From Syntrophomonadaceae bacterium (lineage in GTDB: Bacteria > Bacillota > Dethiobacteria > DTU022 > PWGO01): a DNA stretch of 46,607 nucleotides. Positions 38,201 to 46,607 of this stretch are shown in pieces. The translations under genes were made by a program, and so were the position numbers. Where the stretch lies: the NCBI GenBank assembly GCA_003550565.1, contig PUKQ01000188.1, positions 1-46,607 of the forward strand, read 5' to 3'. A model generated the notes under the pieces. The model was given only the letters and a program-made list of their open reading frames with translations, had not been told where the DNA came from and did not search any database. The first letter of the stretch is position 1. Every line of letters begins with the position of its first letter.

Positions 38201-40456
38201 TTAAGAAGGATTTTGATTGAATTTATCAATCAAGTTAATTAGTTCATCTTCCGACATGATTATTTGACGTGGTTTGCTGCCTTCATGCTCTCCTACTACC
38301 CCTTTGGTTTCTAATTCATCAATAAGGCGAGCAGCCCTGGTGTAACCTATTCTAAACCTTCTTTGCAGTAGTGAAATTGAAGCGTGTCCGCTCTTTGTAA
38401 CAAGTTTTAATGCATCTGCAAATAAAGGATCTATATTTTCTTCGGTTTCTTCTGAGGTGTAGTTCAATACATTTCCTTCTGCCTCTACGTCATTTTTACC
38501 ATTATTTTGATTTTGCTGTTTTAAAAAATCTGTCAGAGCTTTAATTTCTTCGGTGCTTATAAAAGCATTTTGTACTCTTACAGGTTTAGCCATGCCCAGG
38601 GGATAATAAAGCATATCCCCCTTGCCTAAGAGCTTTTCAGCTCCGGCCATATCAAGTATAGTTCTCGAATCTACCTGTGAAGAAGTCGTAAATGCTATTC
38701 GTGAAGTAATATTTGCTTTTATTATTCCCGTTAATACGTCTACAGAAGGCCTTTGTGTAGCAATTACTAGGTGTATCCCTGCTGCACGAGACATCTGCGC
38801 CAGTCGCGAAATTGAATCTTCCACTTCCGCAGGAGAAACTAGCATTAAATCGGCAAGTTCATCAATAACAACTACTATATAGGGTAAGAATTCTCCTTCC
38901 CATTTATTGGAGCTCAATTTTTCATTATAAGCGGCAATGTCCCTTACTCCTGCCTCAGCAAATATATCATATCTTTTTATCATTTCTTTAATCATATTTT
39001 TTAAAGCGGAAGATGCTTTTTGAGGATTGGTCAATACAGGAGCAAGTAGATGAGGTATGCTTTTAAATACATTTAATTCCACCATTTTGGGATCAATTAA
39101 TAAACATTTTACTTGATCAGGCCTGGCATTAAAAAGCATACTGCAAATAATTGATTTAACACATACACTTTTTCCCGATCCTGTTGCTCCGGCAATAAGT
39201 AAATGAGGCATATCCTCTAAACTAGCCACTACAGGGACACCGGTAATATCTTTTCCCAGAGCTATTGTTAACGGGGAATTCGAATTTTGAAAAGCATGAG
39301 ACTCCAGCATTTCCCTGAAATGAACCGGAACTGTTACTTCATTGGGTACTTCTATGCCTAAAGCTGCCTTTCCGGGAATAGGAGCCTCTATTCTTACTCC
39401 GGAAGCAGCAAGATTCAGGGCTATATCATCTGCTAAATTGAGTATCTTGCTGACTTTAACCCCAGCATCCGGTTGCACTTCAAACCTGGTAACTGTGGGT
39501 CCGGAAACGTAATTTACCACTTTTGCCTGTACACCAAAACTCTGAAGTGTCTTTTCCAAAAATAATGCCCTTTCTTTAATATTTTGTTTCGTGTTAGCTT
39601 CATGAGAATTGTTAGCGGGATTTAATAAACTTAAAGGTGGCCAATTATAATCTTCATTTAATTTGGGGCTCATTTTATTTAATTGATTGATGGATACTGT
39701 TGTGTTTGCATTATCTGATGTTGCCTGAGAAAAGTCTTTTTCTTCATCATTAGCTTCTTGAGTTTTCTTATTGCTGGCGTAGTCACTAGCTTTAATGTTT
39801 TTATTATCCAATTTCGAAGCTGATGGAACTTGATTTTTATCTTCTTTATCTCCATTAATATTATCTTTCTGCCGCCGGTTTTCTATATTTTGAACGAGAG
39901 AGCTTACAGCCTTAAACAAACTTTTTCCCAGGCTTTTAATAAATTCCCAAATTTCCGTTAATGAAATGTTTAAAATTAAAAGTATACTTACTATTGCCAA
40001 AGTAATTATAATTACATAACTGGCAATTTCTCCGAATAGATAGTAAAGTATAATTGAAAAAGCAGCGCCTAATAAACCTCCTCCTTCATGCTGATAACCC
40101 ATATTAAAACTTTCGGAGAAAAAACTTTCCTCCGGTGCTATATGTTCAAGCATAAAATTAAAATGATATGTCATAATTAACAATAACATGAAAGATAATA
40201 TCCCTAAAAGCCTGGTTTTTAACATAAATTTTTCATTTTTTATCACAAAGCGCAGCGCAATAGTTATTATAGCCAGAGAAATAAGAATAGCCAAATCGCC
40301 GGCTATTACACGCATTAAATTGTGAGCAAATATACCTATAGTTCCGGCTTGTTCCGGGAATTGGAGCCCCACAATACAAAGAATCCCGAGGGCAATCAAG
40401 CCTATGCCTTTTATGTGAGAGATAATTTCTTTATTGAAACCGCTCTTTTTACCCAA
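38201..40456 (-). CDS. ftsK: DNA translocase FtsK/SpoIIIE
   Basis: N-terminal TM region, RIEAPIPGK, PHLLIAGATGSGKS, IDELADLM, gamma domain LQRRFRIGYTRAARLID. Confidence 0.96.
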   Translation of the reverse strand: MGKKSGFNKEIISHIKGIGLIALGILCIVGLQFPEQAGTIGIFAHNLMRVIAGDLAILISLAIITIALRFVIKNEKFMLKTRLLGILSFMLLLIMTYHFNFMLEHIAPEESFFSESFNMGYQHEGGGLLGAAFSIILYYLFGEIASYVIIITLAIVSILLILNISLTEIWEFIKSLGKSLFKAVSSLVQNIENRRQKDNINGDKEDKNQVPSASKLDNKNIKASDYASNKKTQEANDEEKDFSQATSDNANTTVSINQLNKMSPKLNEDYNWPPLSLLNPANNSHEANTKQNIKERALFLEKTLQSFGVQAKVVNYVSGPTVTRFEVQPDAGVKVSKILNLADDIALNLAASGVRIEAPIPGKAALGIEVPNEVTVPVHFREMLESHAFQNSNSPLTIALGKDITGVPVVASLEDMPHLLIAGATGSGKSVCVKSIICSMLFNARPDQVKCLLIDPKMVELNVFKSIPHLLAPVLTNPQKASSALKNMIKEMIKRYDIFAEAGVRDIAAYNEKLSSNKWEGEFLPYIVVVIDELADLMLVSPAEVEDSISRLAQMSRAAGIHLVIATQRPSVDVLTGIIKANITSRIAFTTSSQVDSRTILDMAGAEKLLGKGDMLYYPLGMAKPVRVQNAFISTEEIKALTDFLKQQNQNNGKNDVEAEGNVLNYTSEETEENIDPLFADALKLVTKSGHASISLLQRRFRIGYTRAARLIDELETKGVVGEHEGSKPRQIIMSEDELINLIDKFNQNPS

Positions 40457-40643
40457 ATTTTCACCTCGTTAAAATATTTCTACAAAACACTTCGTTAGCA
40501 ATTCAAATAATCCTTTAACTATTAAGAAGCCTTAATTAAGCCATTATTATGTCTATTTAATTATCATAAAAATATGATGTATAAATATTGAGGAAAAGTT
40601 TGGGGAGTTTTTCTTGATTTTTTGGTTTATAAAAGATAATTTG

Positions 40644-41048
40644 CTAAACAATAGTATATGTACCGATACCAAAAGCCACATCTTTCCCGGAATCACTCTT
40701 AATATCTACTTTGCACACAGAAATTTTTCGCCCTTTTTTAATAACACTTCCCCTGGCGGTAATTCCTGTTTCTTCAAGTTTAATCGGGTTTAGGTAATTA
40801 ATTTTTAGTTCAACAGTGGTAACACTTTCCTTCTCCACATCTATCCAGTTAAATAGAGCAACAGCACCGGCGGCGTCAAGCAAAGAAGCTGCAGCGCCTC
40901 CATGCACAATAGAAAAAACTTGTCCCAGGTCTTGCTTAATAGGAAGATAAATTTCTGCGGCTCCGTCCTCCATTTTTTTTACTTTAAAACCTAAAAGACT
41001 CCAATAAGGGCTATTTTCCAATGCTTTTATAATATCTTTGTTTTCCAT
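40644..41048 (-). CDS. PaaI family hotdog thioesterase
   Basis: VHGGAAASLLD, TVELKINYLNP. Confidence 0.88.
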   Translation of the reverse strand: MENKDIIKALENSPYWSLLGFKVKKMEDGAAEIYLPIKQDLGQVFSIVHGGAAASLLDAAGAVALFNWIDVEKESVTTVELKINYLNPIKLEETGITARGSVIKKGRKISVCKVDIKSDSGKDVAFGIGTYTIV

Positions 41049-41074
41049 AATAGTTCCTTTATAAATAGAATATT

Positions 41075-42766
41075 TTAATTGTTTGCTTTCATAATTATGG
41101 GTAAAATCATAGGGTTTCTACCGGTTTTTTCCCAAAATAAACGGCTCATCTTGTCTCTTATTCCATTTTTGATCACATTTTCATCTTTTTCTTTCTTTTT
41201 ATCTTGTTTTATTTTTTTGAAGTATTTAATGATTATATTTTTGGCTTCGTCAAGGAGTTCTTCGGATTCACGTACATAAACAAAACCGCGAGTGATAATT
41301 TCTGGTGAACCCACCACCTTTTTATCATCCAAAACAATTACTACTATGACAATGCCGTCTTCCGACAACACTTTTCGATCTTTTAACACTATATTACCCA
41401 CATCTCCAACACCCAAACCGTCTAATAGGACTTTGCCGGCAGTTACTTTCTTTAGTTTTTTCCCGCCTTTTGAGGAAAACTCTATCACTGAACCATTTTC
41501 TGCAAAAAAAACATTTTCTTTTGGTATTCCTACTTTTTCAGATATTTTTGCCAGGTGGACCATATGACGGTATTCTCCATGTACCGGAATAAGGTACCTT
41601 GGCTGGACCATGTTTAACATCATTTTTATCTCTTCTTCGGCTCCATGCCCAGATACATGAACTCCTGACATCTGGTGATAATATACTTCAGCCCCTAGTT
41701 TAAAAAGATTGTCTATTGTTCGAAACACCATTTTCTCGTTTCCCGGGATAGGAGAAGCAGAAACAATAACAGTGTCACCATTAGCAATTTTGAGGTTTCT
41801 ATGTTCGGATTTTGCCAGTCTGGTTAAAGCAGACATGGGCTCTCCCTGGCTTCCGGTAGTAATAACAGTTATCTCGTGGGGAAGTAAATTTTCTAATTGA
41901 TCCAGGTCTACCAGAAAATCATCGGGAATATCTAAATAACCAAGTTCCCTTGCGATTTTAGTAGTATTAAATAAGCTCCTTCCTGTGATTGCGATTTTTC
42001 TGTTATATTTAACAGCAGAGTTGACAACTTGTTGAACGCGGTGAATATTGGAGGCAAATGTGGCTACAATAATACGCCCCTCGGCCATGCGAAATATATC
42101 ATCTAAGGCTTTTCCTACTTCTTTTTCCGAACCGGCATAACCTGGGGTTACGGCATTAGTGCTGTCGGAAAGCATAACCATAACGTTACTTTTACCTAGT
42201 TTGGCAAGTTTATCATAATCCGTAACAAGTGAATTAACCGGGGTTTGGTCAAATTTGTAATCGCTTGTATAAACCACGATTCCGGCAGGCGTTTTAATAA
42301 TTACCCCTACACAATCGGGAATACTATGATTTGTTCGGAAAAATTCCAGCTGAATATTATCCGATAGAGTAACTTTATCCCGCGGGGTTATTTCTTTTAA
42401 TTCAGGTTTTCTCACTTGATTAAATTCAGACAGCTTAGCTTTTACCATTCCTAATGTGAGCTTGGTTCCCCAAATTGGCACATTTAAATCGTTTATTATA
42501 TATGGCAAAGCCCCAATATGGTCTTCATGGCCGTGGCTGAGAATAATTCCTTTGAGATTTTTTTTATTTTCTAAAAGATATGATATGTTTGGAATAACAG
42601 CGTCTACGCCCAACATTTCATCTTCTGGAAAGGATAGTCCTGCATCTAAAACTAAAATTTCATCCTCATATTTAATGACAAACATATTTTTGCCGATTTC
42701 CCCCACTCCGCCTAGAGGGATAATTTGAATTCTTTTGTTTTTATTTTTACTTTTTTTATAAGCCAA
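41075..42766 (-). CDS. rnj: Ribonuclease J
   Basis: PLGGVGEIGKN, SHGHEDHIG, HSIPD, TGSQGEP, HVSGH, PVHGEYRH. Confidence 0.96.
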   Translation of the reverse strand: MAYKKSKNKNKRIQIIPLGGVGEIGKNMFVIKYEDEILVLDAGLSFPEDEMLGVDAVIPNISYLLENKKNLKGIILSHGHEDHIGALPYIINDLNVPIWGTKLTLGMVKAKLSEFNQVRKPELKEITPRDKVTLSDNIQLEFFRTNHSIPDCVGVIIKTPAGIVVYTSDYKFDQTPVNSLVTDYDKLAKLGKSNVMVMLSDSTNAVTPGYAGSEKEVGKALDDIFRMAEGRIIVATFASNIHRVQQVVNSAVKYNRKIAITGRSLFNTTKIARELGYLDIPDDFLVDLDQLENLLPHEITVITTGSQGEPMSALTRLAKSEHRNLKIANGDTVIVSASPIPGNEKMVFRTIDNLFKLGAEVYYHQMSGVHVSGHGAEEEIKMMLNMVQPRYLIPVHGEYRHMVHLAKISEKVGIPKENVFFAENGSVIEFSSKGGKKLKKVTAGKVLLDGLGVGDVGNIVLKDRKVLSEDGIVIVVIVLDDKKVVGSPEIITRGFVYVRESEELLDEAKNIIIKYFKKIKQDKKKEKDENVIKNGIRDKMSRLFWEKTGRNPMILPIIMKANN

Positions 42767-43004
42767 ATTATTACACTCCTACATAGTTTTCTACATAAAT
42801 TATTCATTAATAATATTTTTTATCAATTTATATTTATAAAAAATACATCAATATTATAGTAAATCCTTCTAAAAAATTATTCATTAATTAAATCATTTAT
42901 AATAAGTTACTAAAGCATCCCATAAAATGAAGCCCCCCTCAAAAAAATAGATCTTTAATAAACCGAGTGAGTTTATTTTTCCATGGAATTATAGCCGGCA
43001 AGTA

Positions 43005-43454
43005 TTAAAGGCCGGTATGTCCAAAGCCTCCTTCATTTCTTTCTGTTGATGGCAATGCATCACTCTCAATAAATTGTACGGTTTGATAACGCTGGATAAC
43101 CATATGGGCAATACGATCACCGCGATTAATTTCGAAACTATTCTCACCCAGGTTGATCAATATAACCTTAATTTCACCTCTGTAATCTGAATCAATAGTT
43201 CCCGGAGTATTTAAAACTGTAACCCCGTGTTTTAAAGCAAGACCGCTTCTAGGCCTTATCTGAGCTTCATAACCTACCGGCAAGGCAATCTTAATACCCG
43301 TAGGAAATAACATCCTTTTATTTTTTTTCAATAATACTTTTTGCATTATAGCAGCACTGAGGTCAACCCCAGCAGCTCCTTCTGTCATATATGAAGGAAG
43401 TGGTATATCTTCATTTCCTTCAATTTTCTGGAGGTACACTTTTAAATCTTCCAT
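43005..43454 (-). CDS. dut: dUTP diphosphatase
   Basis: AAGVDL, RPRSGLA, GTIDSDYRGEIKV, RNEGGFGHTG; start moved to ATG 43454 after GGGAG. Confidence 0.94.
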   Translation of the reverse strand: MEDLKVYLQKIEGNEDIPLPSYMTEGAAGVDLSAAIMQKVLLKKNKRMLFPTGIKIALPVGYEAQIRPRSGLALKHGVTVLNTPGTIDSDYRGEIKVILINLGENSFEINRGDRIAHMVIQRYQTVQFIESDALPSTERNEGGFGHTGL

Positions 43455-43589
43455 ATATATCTCCCGATTAATTACATAAAAGCGCACACCCATGCAGAAC
43501 AATTAAGATATGCGCCGCTTTCAAGTATCCATAATGTAAAAAAAGTAAAAAAAGACAACGCTTAATAAGTATATGGTTTGATAATATAT

Positions 43590-45740
43590 TTATCGTCTCT
43601 TCTTAAAGTCATTTTTCTTTTGCCTGTTATCACTTCCAGATGATTTTTCATCATAACCTGCAGGTTTCTCCATAGCTTCTTTTCTAGAAAGGTCTATCCG
43701 GCCTCGCTCATCAATACCCAACACCTTCACCAAAACCTCATCACCATGTTTAACTACATTTTCAGTTTTATCTACATGACCATAATCTAAGTTTGAGATA
43801 TGTACAAGTCCTTCTTTCCCGGGCAGTACTTCTACAAATGCTCCATATTTTTCTACCCTGGTAACTTTACCCAGGTAGGTTTTACCCGGTTCCACATCCC
43901 GCACTAAATTTTCGATCATTTCTCTTGCTTTATCTCCTGCTTCTTTATCAACCGCAGCAATATATACTTTTCCATCGGGTTCAATATCAACACCTGCCCC
44001 GGTATCGGCAATTATTTTATTAATCATTTTACCTCCCGGGCCGATAACATCTCTAATCTTGTCTACATCAATTTGCATGGTAAAAATACGCGGAGCATGA
44101 GGTGAAAGTTCTTCCCTGGGTGCTGCAATGGTTTCATCCATAATGTCCATTATATAAAGGTATCCTTTTCTAGCTTTTGAGATGGCCGCAGCCATAGTGT
44201 CCCTTGAGAGTCCTTTTACTTTTGTATCTAGCTGCAAAGCATTTATGCCATTTCTGGTGCCGGCTACCTTAAAGTCCATATCTCCAAGAAAATCTTCAAT
44301 GCCCTGTATATCATAAAGGATTTCTACTTCCTCTCCCTCTTTAATCATCCCCATTGCGATTCCAGCCACTGCTTTTTCTGTCGCCACGCCGGCATCCATT
44401 AAAGCGAGAGAACTGGCGCAAACACTACCCATGGAAGTAGATCCATTAGATTCTAAAACTTCCGAGACAAGTCTAATAGTATAAGGAAAATCGTCTTTAT
44501 CAGGTATTATAGATTCTAAGGCATGTTCAGCCAATGCTCCATGCCCGATTTCCCTTCTTCCCGGACCTCTCATAAAGCCGGTTTCTCCTACACTAAATGG
44601 TGGAAAGTTGTAGTGATGCATAAAACGCTTTGATTCTTCAACTCCCAATCCATCAAGGATTTGCACTTCCCTTAAAGCTCCCAGTGTGCAAGCTGTTAAT
44701 ACCTGGGTTTGTCCGCGTGTAAACAATCCGGAACCATGAGCTCGAGGCAAAATACCGGTTTCACAACTTATTTCTCTGATTTCCTCCGGTTTACGGCCAT
44801 CCGGTCTTATTTTTTCCTTCAAGATCATTTGGCGTAATGTTTCTTTTAGTTTGCCTTCAAAAACTTCTTTTAAATGAATTTCACCTTCTGGATACAATTC
44901 CAGGTACTTGTCTAAAAATTCATTTTTAACCCGATCAATCTGTTCTTCCCTCTCTTGTTTTTGCGGAATGCGTAATGCTTCATTAATTTTATTTTCTATT
45001 TCTTCATGCATTTTACCTAACTCTTCAGCAGAAAATTCATCCGGAGCTACCACTTCCATTTTCGGCTCTCCCAATTTTTCTACCATTTCTTCTTGCACAG
45101 AGATGATTTTTTGAATTTCTTCATGTCCTTTTTCGATACTATCCATGAGTTTTTCTTCATTTATTTCTTCCGCAATTGATTCAACCATCATGGTAGAGTC
45201 TTTTCTGCCGGCAATAAGTAGATGCAGATTACTTTTCTCCTGTTCTTCCACCGATGGATTTACTACGGGTTGGCCGTCTACCATACCCACAACTGTTGCA
45301 GCCACCGGACCATCAAAAGGTATTTTTGATATGCATAGAGCCGCCGAAGCACCAATGATCGATAATGCTTCTGGCGGGTAGTTTTGATCAACAGACATTA
45401 CTGTAGAAACAATATGGACAGAATTACGGAATTTATCAGGGAACAGAGGGCGCAGAGGTCTGTCAGTTAATCTGGCAGCAAGGGTCGCTTTCTCAGTGGG
45501 CCGTCCTTCTCGTTTAATAAAACCGCCGGGGATTCTGCCTACAGCATATAACCTTTCTTCATAATCAACTGTAAGAGGGAAAAAATCTACTCCTTCCCGC
45601 GGTTCATCTGAAACTGTAACAGTTACCAATACAACTGTATCACCATGTTGCACTTTTACCGCTCCGCTTGCTTGTTTCGCAAGTTTACCTGTTTCCAGAA
45701 TTAGCTCTTGCCCACCAAAGTCTACTTTAAATGTTTCCAA
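43590..45740 (-). CDS. pnp: Polyribonucleotide nucleotidyltransferase
   Basis: [33 protein letters not shown] and S1 domains. Confidence 0.97.
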   Translation of the reverse strand: METFKVDFGGQELILETGKLAKQASGAVKVQHGDTVVLVTVTVSDEPREGVDFFPLTVDYEERLYAVGRIPGGFIKREGRPTEKATLAARLTDRPLRPLFPDKFRNSVHIVSTVMSVDQNYPPEALSIIGASAALCISKIPFDGPVAATVVGMVDGQPVVNPSVEEQEKSNLHLLIAGRKDSTMMVESIAEEINEEKLMDSIEKGHEEIQKIISVQEEMVEKLGEPKMEVVAPDEFSAEELGKMHEEIENKINEALRIPQKQEREEQIDRVKNEFLDKYLELYPEGEIHLKEVFEGKLKETLRQMILKEKIRPDGRKPEEIREISCETGILPRAHGSGLFTRGQTQVLTACTLGALREVQILDGLGVEESKRFMHHYNFPPFSVGETGFMRGPGRREIGHGALAEHALESIIPDKDDFPYTIRLVSEVLESNGSTSMGSVCASSLALMDAGVATEKAVAGIAMGMIKEGEEVEILYDIQGIEDFLGDMDFKVAGTRNGINALQLDTKVKGLSRDTMAAAISKARKGYLYIMDIMDETIAAPREELSPHAPRIFTMQIDVDKIRDVIGPGGKMINKIIADTGAGVDIEPDGKVYIAAVDKEAGDKAREMIENLVRDVEPGKTYLGKVTRVEKYGAFVEVLPGKEGLVHISNLDYGHVDKTENVVKHGDEVLVKVLGIDERGRIDLSRKEAMEKPAGYDEKSSGSDNRQKKNDFKKRR

Positions 45741-45763
45741 ATTTAAAATCCTCCTTTAATTTA

Positions 45764-45788
45764 CAAAGCGGGGCCACACCCCGCTTTG
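45764..45788 (-). terminator. Hairpin/terminator between rpsO and pnp
   Basis: CAAAGCGGGG-N5-CCCCGCTTTG. Confidence 0.7.
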
Positions 45789-45816
45789 ACTTTAAAAATC
45801 ATAAATATGTTATTAA

Positions 45817-46083
45817 TTATTTTCTCAAACCAAGTTCTTGCAAAATTGTTCTGTAACGATCGGGATTATTATTTTTTAAATAATCCAGCAAGCCCCTTCT
45901 CTTTCCTACTAATTTTAAAAGGCCTCTCTGCGAATGATGATCCTTTTTATGTTTTTGCAAGTGCTCATTCAAATAATTAATACGCTCAGTTAAAATAGCT
46001 ATTTGAACTTCCGGCGAGCCCGTGTCATTTTCGTGTAATTGATAATTATTAATAAGTTCTCTTTTTTTGTCCTGTGTAAACAA
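45817..46083 (-). CDS. rpsO: 30S ribosomal protein S15
   Basis: [35 protein letters not shown]. Confidence 0.98.
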   Translation of the reverse strand: MFTQDKKRELINNYQLHENDTGSPEVQIAILTERINYLNEHLQKHKKDHHSQRGLLKLVGKRRGLLDYLKNNNPDRYRTILQELGLRK

Positions 46084-46110
46084 TAGCTACACCTCCCTTT
46101 TTGTATTTAT

Positions 46111-46160
46111 CCCCAAAAGCCAAGTAATACGCCGGGGAACGCAAAACCTAGCTTATGGTT
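46111..46160 (-). promoter_or_regulatory. Probable S15 autoregulatory leader
   Basis: Stem CCATAAGCTAGG.../CTTGGCTTTTGG directly upstream of the rpsO RBS, as in Firmicute rpsO leaders. Confidence 0.55.
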
Positions 46161-46278
46161 CATCTACAATATTAAGTCTATCACATCTAATTGCAGGTGT
46201 AAACAAAATAAAAACCTTTAAACTTACGCTCTAAGTACTTAATTTGAAAAAAACTGGTAGTTAGAGACAAAATTAAAA

Positions 46279-46607
46279 TTAAGGGGTAGATATTTTCTTA
46301 TAATTATTAACCCTGGGTAGCATTCCCTCTAAGGGTTCTTGAGCAAGTTTTCGTATAATGCCAATATCTCTGGATAATTGTTTTTTTAAAGCATCTACAG
46401 TGGAAAATGCAAATTCTTCTCTTATTTTTTCTATAAAATAAACGGTGATGTCACTTCCGTATATATTACTTTTAAAATTTAAAATATTAACCTCTACGGT
46501 TAACTCACCACTGCTAAAGGTAGGGCGTATCCCAACGTTGGTAGCTCCATAAAACAGTTTATCATCTTTTGATATAATAGTATAATACACGCCTTTATCC
46601 GGTAAAA
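46279..46607 (-). CDS. ribF: Riboflavin kinase/FAD synthetase, C-terminal part (truncated by window)
   Basis: LPDKGVY, NVGIRPTF, VEVNIL, IREE; conserved ribF-rpsO-pnp order. Confidence 0.92.
   Translation of the reverse strand, partial: LPDKGVYYTIISKDDKLFYGATNVGIRPTFSSGELTVEVNILNFKSNIYGSDITVYFIEKIREEFAFSTVDALKKQLSRDIGIIRKLAQEPLEGMLPRVNNYKKISTP

Overview
Chromosomal segment of an anaerobic, probably spore-forming and salt/alkali-adapted Firmicute (spoVS with a sigma-H-like promoter, Na+-decarboxylase subunits, very acidic extracytoplasmic proteins). It spans the replication terminus: a Bacillus-type dif site lies at 13978-14005 and genes mostly converge on it. Left of dif (accessory-like): a ModE-HTH/TupA fusion regulator with an operator, tungstate ABC transporter tupABC, an orphan 1106-aa protein fusing a radical-SAM activase to a glycyl radical enzyme (GRE), SRAP, T-box-controlled leuA, and a DUF2229/HGD-D plus activase pair related to PlsA/PlsR. 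The dif intergenic region also holds degenerate dif-like repeats and a REP-like hairpin. Right of dif (mostly core, minus strand): ribF(partial)-rpsO-pnp-dut-rnj-PaaI-ftsK-rodZ-rimO-thpR-recA-recX-rny-ymdB-spoVS-PHP, a 2-oxoacid:ferredoxin oxidoreductase, three Na+-decarboxylase subunits, SAM-I riboswitch-metK-mtnA-apt-mtnP-prs-gltX. The best candidate for an undescribed system is the single-chain activase-GRE fusion. All family assignments come from motif recognition, not database searches.
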